Below, piece by piece: positions 9,500-15,944 of a DNA stretch of 16,466 nt. Position 1 is the first letter of the stretch. The number at the start of each line of letters is the position of its first letter. The notes beneath the pieces were generated by a model. That model was given only the letters and a program-made list of their open reading frames with translations. It made no database searches and was not told the DNA's origin. Origin of the DNA: a virus. Its lineage: Duplodnaviria > Heunggongvirae > Uroviricota > Caudoviricetes. The position numbers and the translations under genes were made by a program. The stretch is from IMG/VR virus record IMGVR_UViG_3300032038_000024, positions 101,689 to 118,154 of that record. The stretch is one strand, 5' to 3'.

Positions 9500-10555
9500 A
9501 TGAAAAATTGGAAAGCATATATATCATATTGTTATGAACAACAAAAATATGAATATAATCTAAAAGAAAATGATAATATAAAATTGATTAATGTATTTAA
9601 TAATCAAGATGGTGAAGATAATATTAATTATTTAAATCATTTTTATTCTGAATTAGTAATGTGTTATTATGTTTGGAAGAATCAATTATATTCTGATTAT
9701 GTATGTATATGGGATCATCGACGTTTTATAACACCTATTAATTTTGATAAATTAGATGATAATTGTATTCAAGCATATTATCATAGATATACTAATTTGA
9801 CTCCATTTGAATATATGATTCATGAAGGCATAAATGAATATATTGTTTGGCAGTTTATAAAATTTATGATAGAGGAGAAACATATAGATCATGATTTAGT
9901 AATTGATACAATATTTAAAAAATCATGGGAGAACAGATTATGGTTACATAGTTGTTTTAATTGTAATTGGAATGTTTTTAATGATTTATGTAAATTTATG
10001 TTTGATTTTGTAAATTACTTAATACCTAACGGTGATTACACTAATTATGAATCTCTTGAACAATTTGTTAAAGATATGAAAACATCAATATGTATATTGA
10101 AACCAAAATATAAGAAAAATGAAATAATTGATGGTGGACGTATTGAAGGTGAAGATAGAGTTATAGGTAATATTTATGAAATGTTATTACCTTTATATTG
10201 TGAATTTGTTGGATATAAATCATTCAGTGAAATTGAAGATAAACATATTGCATTGACATTATTTTCATATAATAAAGAAACTGTAATTGAAGATATTAGA
10301 AAATGGATTGCAAAAAATATTTTTACTGGTTGTAGAGATTTTGCAATTATAACAACTGAAAATAAATATAATGAATTGAGAGAAATTATAGATAATAATT
10401 GGTATTATATGGGTAATAATACCATAAAATTATTTACTGATAAACAAAAACAATTGTTTCATAATTATATAATATTAGGAATAAATAATTATATTGATTC
10501 TTACTCACCAGTAAATGATATTGATAAAAATAACATAAAGAAAATTAATATATGA
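9500..10555 (+). CDS. DUF4422 (GT111-like) putative glycosyltransferase with C-terminal extension
   Basis: 'NINYLNHFYSELVMCYYVWKNQLYSDYVCIWDHRRF' matches the DUF4422 pattern N..Y.ELT..YW.WKN....YIG..HYRR; later 'RVIGNIYEMLL'. Confidence 0.7.
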   Translation: MKNWKAYISYCYEQQKYEYNLKENDNIKLINVFNNQDGEDNINYLNHFYSELVMCYYVWKNQLYSDYVCIWDHRRFITPINFDKLDDNCIQAYYHRYTNLTPFEYMIHEGINEYIVWQFIKFMIEEKHIDHDLVIDTIFKKSWENRLWLHSCFNCNWNVFNDLCKFMFDFVNYLIPNGDYTNYESLEQFVKDMKTSICILKPKYKKNEIIDGGRIEGEDRVIGNIYEMLLPLYCEFVGYKSFSEIEDKHIALTLFSYNKETVIEDIRKWIAKNIFTGCRDFAIITTENKYNELREIIDNNWYYMGNNTIKLFTDKQKQLFHNYIILGINNYIDSYSPVNDIDKNNIKKINI

Positions 10556-11277
10556 AGAAATTAGTTTTGTTTGTATCTACAAATTTTGATAGATCACGAG
10601 TTAATAATAATTTTTTTAATGGAACATATAATCATTTATTTGATGAAATAAAAATATATAATGAAAACGATTTACCAGATAATATTAAAGAGAATATAAA
10701 TAATATTATGGAAAAATATGGTAAACGTGGATATGGGTTTTGGGTGTGGAAAACTTATATATTATCACATGAATTAGAACAATTAAATGATAATGATATT
10801 TTAGTACATTTAGATTCACATTGTTTTTTAGAAAATATTGAACCAAAACTTGATGAATATTTTGAATTATTACAAACCATGGAAAAACCTTTACTTGTTG
10901 GTTGGTGTTGGGATGCAAATGATTTAATGTTTAATACAAAAAAATTAATTGCATATGTTGGCAAACAATTGAATTATAAATTTTCACGAGAAGAGTTAAA
11001 ACAAAAACAAGCTGAAGGTGGTATTTTATTTATGCGAAAAAATAAGTTTATAGTTGACTTTATAAATTTATGGGATAAATTACTTAATGATGGAATTGAA
11101 TATGTAAGTGATAATTATAATACAAAAAAATATACATATAAAGAATTTCAAGATCACCGTCATGACCAAGCCCTTCTTAGTTTGTTATGTAAATATTATA
11201 AAATACCAGTATTTAAGCCATTTGGATGGGATGATTTAAATCGTGTAAATGGAAAACAAATATCATATAAAGAATAA
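10552..11277 (+). CDS. Putative GT-A-like glycosyltransferase/sugar-modifying protein
   Basis: 'RGYGFWVWKTYIL', 'NDILVHLDSHC' and 'EFQDHRHDQALLSLL' match a recurrent phage/giant-virus/bacterial glycosyltransferase-like family (GYW.WKP...D...HRHDQS). ATGA overlap with the upstream stop. Confidence 0.65.
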   Translation: MKKLVLFVSTNFDRSRVNNNFFNGTYNHLFDEIKIYNENDLPDNIKENINNIMEKYGKRGYGFWVWKTYILSHELEQLNDNDILVHLDSHCFLENIEPKLDEYFELLQTMEKPLLVGWCWDANDLMFNTKKLIAYVGKQLNYKFSREELKQKQAEGGILFMRKNKFIVDFINLWDKLLNDGIEYVSDNYNTKKYTYKEFQDHRHDQALLSLLCKYYKIPVFKPFGWDDLNRVNGKQISYKE

Positions 11278-11278
11278 A

Positions 11279-11306
11279 AAATCCATACTCCTAAGAGTAT
11301 GGATTT
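11279..11306. terminator. Intrinsic terminator between convergent operons (probably bidirectional)
   Basis: Perfect 12-bp stem AAATCCATACTC-CTAA-GAGTATGGATTT; T-run follows on the - strand and a T-rich tract on the + strand. Confidence 0.85.
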
Positions 11307-11336
11307 AACGTTTAATTTAAATTTGCAGATTGTAAA

Positions 11337-12167
11337 TTAACGTGAATAATTCTCATTCTTAGGTTGGTCAACCTTTTCATCAGTACCGTAAACTTGACGA
11401 TACTTTTGGAAATCTTCATACTTTACTTTTACAATAAGTCTCTTACCCATACGGTTACGAAGACCTAAATCAGTACGAAGAACAAGACCTTCTGCCATGT
11501 ATTCTCTGTTCTCAGAAATTGTTGAAACAAATCCCTTACGAACAAAATCAATTGCCTCATCAAGAGTAAAGTAACCAATGAATGGAACAATAGGTGCGCC
11601 AAGCTTAGTTGCAATTTCATCACGAGCTGAAGTTAAAAGATAAATATCGTTTACCTTAACATCAAACACAATGAACTCATTACCATTCTTAATGTAATTT
11701 CCACCCTTCTGAATACCATTACCATATCCTTCACCATAGATAGTATAAATATTAGGAATTTGGTCATACTCTAACCAGTTGTGGTCAATTTCCCACTCTG
11801 ATGTAGGAATGAATTCCTTCAAACCAAGTGATGCAAGAACCTTTTCCTTTGGATATTTCTCTTCCATGTGCTTAAGCAACTTTGGAGGAATCTGAGCATT
11901 GTCAGTCTTACCAGCATAACGTACATTAAACTTTACACCTGCACAAGATGGAACTTTTGATGTTTCTGACGGTACAATCTCCTTAGTAACCTCAATACGC
12001 ATATTAGTACCATCAATCTTTTCCTCACCACGCCACTTCAAACCACGAAGATACTCGAACTCAGGTTCAGTAAATGGCTCGAATGGCATAATAACATTCT
12101 TTGCATCACGCATGAAGATTGTGTTAATCTTCTGATAAGTGTTTTCGCTTCTTTTTTGTTTTCCCAT
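11337..12167 (-). CDS. ATP-dependent RNA ligase, Rnl2-like
   Basis: Nucleotidyltransferase motifs: I 'EEKIDGTN', III 'IYGEGYG', IIIa 'FIVFDVKV', IV 'AEGLVLR', V 'IVKVK'. Single adenylation domain with no OB-fold extension, which favours an RNA over a DNA ligase. Confidence 0.85.
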   Translation of the reverse strand: MGKQKRSENTYQKINTIFMRDAKNVIMPFEPFTEPEFEYLRGLKWRGEEKIDGTNMRIEVTKEIVPSETSKVPSCAGVKFNVRYAGKTDNAQIPPKLLKHMEEKYPKEKVLASLGLKEFIPTSEWEIDHNWLEYDQIPNIYTIYGEGYGNGIQKGGNYIKNGNEFIVFDVKVNDIYLLTSARDEIATKLGAPIVPFIGYFTLDEAIDFVRKGFVSTISENREYMAEGLVLRTDLGLRNRMGKRLIVKVKYEDFQKYRQVYGTDEKVDQPKNENYSR

Positions 12168-12211
12168 AATTTGTCTGTTTTAAATGTTTTTAATACTGAA
12201 ATTTAATTTGC

Positions 12212-12243
12212 GGTTCCTTAGCTCAGTAGAACATTTAACTTTT
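12212..12243 (+). pseudogene. Degenerate 5' half of a tRNA-Lys(UUU)-like sequence
   Basis: GGTTCCTTAGCTCAG----TAGAACATTTAACTTTT against the E. coli tRNA-Lys 5' half as I recall it (GGGTCGTTAGCTCAGTTGGTAGAGCAGTTGACTTTT): 27/32 identical with a 4-nt D-loop gap. No 3' half, T-arm or CCA follows. Confidence 0.45.
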
Positions 12244-12621
12244 CTTTACCTTCTTAATTATTTCATCAAGATAATCATCAGGGTTTTTACCCGCATTATG
12301 ATATTTCTGTCCAAGTTGCATTGCATAACGCCAATCATCTGAACCATCTTCAAGAGTATCTACATAATCCCAAAATGTTGTCGGTTTTACTGGTTCTTTT
12401 GGCATCAAATCTTCAATATCAATCCAATCATCACCAAGCAAATCTTCTGCAGGTATTCGATAATCATTGTCTAATGCATGTGGTGTTTTACCAACTTCAA
12501 ATACAACAAGTCGAATTAATGTTGTAGTACTTCTCAACTGAATGAATACATCATTTGACCAACTTTTACGCCTAATATAAGAATGACTCTTAAACTGTTC
12601 AAATATTTCTGGAAATGTCAT
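12235..12621 (-). CDS. DUF2829 family (Tad2-like nucleotide-sponge) protein with C-terminal extension
   Basis: 'MTFPEIFEQFKSHSYIRRKSW' and 'IPAEDLLGDDW' fit the DUF2829 pattern M.F.EA...LK.G..V.R..W...D.LA.DW; about 55 extra C-terminal residues. Confidence 0.6.
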   Translation of the reverse strand: MTFPEIFEQFKSHSYIRRKSWSNDVFIQLRSTTTLIRLVVFEVGKTPHALDNDYRIPAEDLLGDDWIDIEDLMPKEPVKPTTFWDYVDTLEDGSDDWRYAMQLGQKYHNAGKNPDDYLDEIIKKVKKS

Positions 12622-12622
12622 A

Positions 12623-12949
12623 TTACTTGTTATTAATTGAATTTAATGCAATTTCTTTTTCTCCAGGAAAGAATAACGATTCATTATTAGCTCCATAAGA
12701 ATGACCTTTATCCCAACGTTCAATTTTCTCTTCCCAAGCCTCAAGTTCAGTATAATCCTCTCCAATATTGTCTGAATGAAGTAACCACCAAAGATTCTCC
12801 ATTGCAACTTTTCGAAGAATTTCGTGATTTTCTCTCGGTAATGAAATCCAATGCCAGCATTCAGTTATTTCCCCGAGCATTTTTTTATCTTCAAAAACCT
12901 GAATTTTACGTTTACCGTATTTTTTATGAAGCTTTTTAATTGTAATCAT
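12623..12949 (-). CDS. Hypothetical protein
   Basis: 108-aa Trp-rich ORF directly downstream of promoter copy 2; its stop is 1 nt from the next start. Confidence 0.75.
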   Translation of the reverse strand: MITIKKLHKKYGKRKIQVFEDKKMLGEITECWHWISLPRENHEILRKVAMENLWWLLHSDNIGEDYTELEAWEEKIERWDKGHSYGANNESLFFPGEKEIALNSINNK

Positions 12950-12962
12950 ATTTATTTGATTT

Positions 12963-13001
12963 TTACAAATATAATATAGTACTTAATTTATAAAATTCAA
13001 A
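12963..13001 (-). promoter_or_regulatory. Promoter motif TTTGAAT-N13-TACTATATTATATTTGTAA (copy 2)
   Basis: 26 fixed positions identical to 7030..7068 with a different 13-nt spacer; ends 13 nt upstream of ATG 12949. Confidence 0.7.
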
Positions 13002-13008
13002 TAATATA

Positions 13009-13734
13009 TTATTTTATTCCAAAAATATCAAATAACTTATATTTTACTTTCCTCATATGACAACCAAACGGAAGACGATTATAAAGTTTTGGATATAACG
13101 AATATGTTTGATTTTCTGCACTAAATTTTATTGCATCATCAATAGTTATGAGTTTCAAATCATTTTGTAAGTTAAAACAAATAAACATGTCTTCATTCAT
13201 TGTAACTTTTGAAAATCGTTCTTTTTGTTTCCAACATATATCATAAAATGATTTGACATTTCTTAATGAAAATCCTCCATTAAATGCAACATTTTTATAT
13301 CCATGAATATCAATATCTTTATCACCAAATATTGCTTTATAATTATCATCAAATAAAATTAGTGCTCCAGTATAATCATATCCTTTATTACACCATTCTA
13401 AAAGTTCATCTCTAAAGATATAAGCATCTGTTTGGCAAATCAACATATATTTATATTCTTTGAAACTTAGATAAAATTTATAATTAAGACACATTTGTGA
13501 ATATTGTTCTCGTGTCTTAAATTCAAAGAATTTATATCTTACATTATCAGCATCAAATCTTTTATAAAATGATATATCTAAATCCTGTGAACATATAAAA
13601 TATATATCATACTTATGCATTAATTTTAATGTATGATATATAGATTCAACCTCATCATATAATAAAGGATCTTTAATATTATCTTTATAAATAGGAATAA
13701 CTATGCAGACGTCTTTGTTTGTTATTTCTTCCAT
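13009..13734 (-). CDS. DUF5672 family glycosyltransferase-like protein
   Basis: 'CIVIPIYK', 'YMLICQTDAYIFRDELLEWCNKGYDYTGA', 'FNGGFSLRNVK', 'NEDMF', 'AIKFSAE' and 'LPFGCH' are characteristic of DUF5672. Confidence 0.85.
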   Translation of the reverse strand: MEEITNKDVCIVIPIYKDNIKDPLLYDEVESIYHTLKLMHKYDIYFICSQDLDISFYKRFDADNVRYKFFEFKTREQYSQMCLNYKFYLSFKEYKYMLICQTDAYIFRDELLEWCNKGYDYTGALILFDDNYKAIFGDKDIDIHGYKNVAFNGGFSLRNVKSFYDICWKQKERFSKVTMNEDMFICFNLQNDLKLITIDDAIKFSAENQTYSLYPKLYNRLPFGCHMRKVKYKLFDIFGIK

Positions 13735-13737
13735 AAT

Positions 13738-14244
13738 TTATGTTTGGTAAATTTCTCTTGATTGTTTCCATGTAAGTTTATCATAAAAGAAAAGAATACG
13801 TTTTGTTGGTGCATCTCTAAAAGCAGATACTTTTGCAAATCCAAGATATTTCATTGCAAAATATTCTTCTTGAAATGTTCCTTGTGGTTTATGATCATAA
13901 AAAGATGCAGGAACACTTAAATATTCTTTTAAGTATTCATTTAATACAATTTGACGAATTATAGATTCATGTTCACATTGTTCACAAACATATTTCTTTC
14001 CATTGATGTCAATATAACCACACCATGGAAATCTTTCTCCTAATTCATTTTGTTTAGGAATATCAAAAAATGATTTGAATTTATTTTGTAAATCTTCAAA
14101 TTTTTCTTGCCATTCTTTTTCTCTTTTTTCTGATGCATAACGTGCCCATCGTTCAGCTTCAGCATCATCATAAGGAACATTAAAATGCAAATGCTGATGT
14201 TTTTCTAAAATTCGATGTAGTTGTGTATTTAATAAATCTTTCAT
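13738..14244 (-). CDS. Hypothetical protein
   Basis: 168-aa ORF; contains 'CGYID.NG..YVCEQCEHES' (possible metal-binding residues). Confidence 0.75.
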   Translation of the reverse strand: MKDLLNTQLHRILEKHQHLHFNVPYDDAEAERWARYASEKREKEWQEKFEDLQNKFKSFFDIPKQNELGERFPWCGYIDINGKKYVCEQCEHESIIRQIVLNEYLKEYLSVPASFYDHKPQGTFQEEYFAMKYLGFAKVSAFRDAPTKRILFFYDKLTWKQSREIYQT

Positions 14245-14368
14245 ATTGTTTTCTGCTAAATTTTATATTAACAATTTTACCAGTTTTCTTATCTTTTACA
14301 ACACAATATTTTTTAAAAAAATAGTAAGGATCTTTAAGACATTTTATATATTCTTCTTTATTATTCAT
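14180..14368 (-). CDS. Small protein resembling the N-terminal segment of T4-like large terminase
   Basis: 'EEYIKCLKDPYYFFKKYCVV' fits the TerL N-terminal pattern EEY.KC..DP.YF...Y..I. ATGA coupling with the upstream gene; overlaps the next gene by 65 nt; no ATPase motifs. Confidence 0.55.
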   Translation of the reverse strand: MNNKEEYIKCLKDPYYFFKKYCVVKDKKTGKIVNIKFSRKQYERFIKYTTTSNFRKTSAFAF

Positions 14369-14901
14369 ACATTCAATATCTGTTTAATTTTCCTATAATC
14401 TTTTTTTGTCAAACCGGTCCAAGGATTTGTTTGAACAAAATGTTTCTTTTGAGATTCCAACATATCGTTATCATCATCAACTATACAATAATTTGAAATA
14501 ACAAAATCTTCTTTCATAACTTTTTTATAATCTGAATATTGTCCATTTGTTATATCAAAGAAGTATTGTATTTCTTGTCCACGATGTCTACTTTTTGAAT
14601 AAGGAGTAACACCAACAATATATGGACATAACAATTGTATTCCATGATGATTAAATTCTCCTAAACCCAAACCATCTCTCATAAATTCATCATAACATTG
14701 CTGCCATGAATTACCATTACGCCATGATGAAGATATTACAAGTTTAACGTTATAATCTTTACAGAATCTTGACATACGATAGCATTCACGAGGATCTATG
14801 CTACCGTATTTTCTAATATGATTTTTATGTCTCCAACAATCATATTGAGCACTATTCATTACTCCGTCAATATCCAAAAAGATTACTTTATATTCATTCA
14901 T
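14365..14901 (-). CDS. HAD-superfamily phosphatase, HAD_SAK_2-like (RNA-repair-associated)
   Basis: 'KVIFLDIDGVMNS' (DxD), 'LVISSSWR', 'RGQEIQ', 'IVDDDNDML', 'FVQTN...GLT'. The likely start is ATG 14901 (MNEYKVIF), overlapping the upstream stop; the track extends to 14952. Confidence 0.8.
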   Translation of the reverse strand: MNEYKVIFLDIDGVMNSAQYDCWRHKNHIRKYGSIDPRECYRMSRFCKDYNVKLVISSSWRNGNSWQQCYDEFMRDGLGLGEFNHHGIQLLCPYIVGVTPYSKSRHRGQEIQYFFDITNGQYSDYKKVMKEDFVISNYCIVDDDNDMLESQKKHFVQTNPWTGLTKKDYRKIKQILNV

Positions 14902-15487
14902 ATATATTTTTAAAATCTTTACAAAGATCATTATATTGTTGCAGTTCTTCACATTTATTTGGTAAATTACGACATCTTAATAAATGTTGGAATCGTAATT
15001 CAAAATTAAGAGCCATTGAATTTTGAAAGAATTGCTTATTAAGAACTTTAATTGCTCTTATTGCTTCTGTTTCTGTAATACCGTCCTCATAATTAGTTTG
15101 AACAAAATGATATAATTGTGAGTCAAGCATATCCCCGTCGTCATCAATTATAACATAATTATTAACTTCGGGATGTTTATCAAGCCATGTTTGTATTTCA
15201 CCACCTCTTCCAGTACCCTTATATTTCTTATCAGAAAACCAAGTTGTAACATCATAAATATTATCAACAAGCCAATAAAGCATTTTATTTCTTGGACATC
15301 GTTTTGTTTTTCCAATCATATCATTAATTGTCTCTTTAACATTTTCACGACGCCAAGATGAAGATACAACAATTTTTGCATCAGTTTTATCTACAATTTT
15401 CTTAATCCATTTTATTTTATTTGCATTAATATACCACTTGGGCGGAATTGTTATAACTCCATCAAAATCAAGAAATATTACTTTCAT
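14894..15487 (-). CDS. HAD-superfamily phosphatase, HAD_SAK_2-like (paralog)
   Basis: 'KVIFLDFDGVI', 'IVVSSSWR', 'RGGEIQTWL', 'IIDDDGDML', 'FVQTNYEDGITE'. The likely start is ATG 15487 (MKVIF); the track gives 15499. Confidence 0.85.
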   Translation of the reverse strand: MKVIFLDFDGVITIPPKWYINANKIKWIKKIVDKTDAKIVVSSSWRRENVKETINDMIGKTKRCPRNKMLYWLVDNIYDVTTWFSDKKYKGTGRGGEIQTWLDKHPEVNNYVIIDDDGDMLDSQLYHFVQTNYEDGITETEAIRAIKVLNKQFFQNSMALNFELRFQHLLRCRNLPNKCEELQQYNDLCKDFKNIYE

Positions 15488-15590
15488 GTTTACTATCAAT
15501 ATCTACCCCATAAATATAATATGCTGTTTCTTCATAAGACATATTATCATAATCTGGAAAATATGGTTTATAAGTTACTATATGACTCAT
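15468..15590 (-). CDS. Small hypothetical protein (40 aa), not in the ORF track
   Basis: MSHIVTYKPYFPDYDNMSYEETAYYIYGVDIDSKHESNIS; ATGA overlap with the stop of 15587..15943; fills the gap in the operon. Confidence 0.45.
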   Translation of the reverse strand: MSHIVTYKPYFPDYDNMSYEETAYYIYGVDIDSKHESNIS

Positions 15591-15943
15591 ACTTCTTCTT
15601 CAGTATATGTTACTTTAATTTCTTTTACAACTGCATTAAATTCACCCTTTTCATTAATTAACATTGCTTCCCAATCAGGATATCTTTTAATTTCCCATTT
15701 CTTTGCATTCTTTTTTAATCTTGTAAGTGGGATATAAGAAGTATATTGCCCAAATGTAGATTTAATATGTTCAGTCTCCTCATCTGTTCTATGTTTTTTA
15801 TCTTTATAAGAATAATAAAGATACATCTCATTTGATGAAGCTTTCTTATTGTAATAGAAAACATCTCCTACATGAAAATCAATATTAGGATATGAGCAAT
15901 CCTTAATACAAGTGCATTCAATATAATAAAGTGATTTATTCAT
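15587..15943 (-). CDS. Hypothetical protein
   Basis: 118-aa ORF within the tightly packed - strand run; ATG lies 1 nt after the upstream TAA. Confidence 0.7.
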   Translation of the reverse strand: MNKSLYYIECTCIKDCSYPNIDFHVGDVFYYNKKASSNEMYLYYSYKDKKHRTDEETEHIKSTFGQYTSYIPLTRLKKNAKKWEIKRYPDWEAMLINEKGEFNAVVKEIKVTYTEEEV

Positions 15944-15944
15944 A

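Noticed and set aside
9300-9500. Low-complexity AAT/ATA runs as tandem repeats
   Set aside because: Explained by Asn/Ile/Tyr-rich coding in an extremely AT-rich gene; no discrete repeat unit.
10706-10964. Track ORFs 10706..10918 and 10755..10964 (- strand)
   Set aside because: Antisense shadows of the GT-like gene 10552..11277.
7152-11277. Classical Gtr-type O-antigen seroconversion cassette
   Set aside because: No GtrA-like flippase, no multi-pass membrane transferase and no obvious TM segments in any of the five proteins.
12212-12290. A functional tRNA gene
   Set aside because: The D-loop is shortened, and the anticodon stem 3' strand, T-arm and acceptor 3' strand are missing; the sequence overlaps a coding stop. 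Kept only as a half-tRNA remnant.
14180-14368. Split or intron-interrupted functional terminase gene
   Set aside because: No ATPase or nuclease coding sequence and no intron or homing-endonuclease features follow downstream; the next gene is unrelated.
12321-15737. Track ORFs 12321..12527, 15173..15361 and 15438..15737 (+ strand)
   Set aside because: Antisense to well-supported - strand genes; no independent signals.
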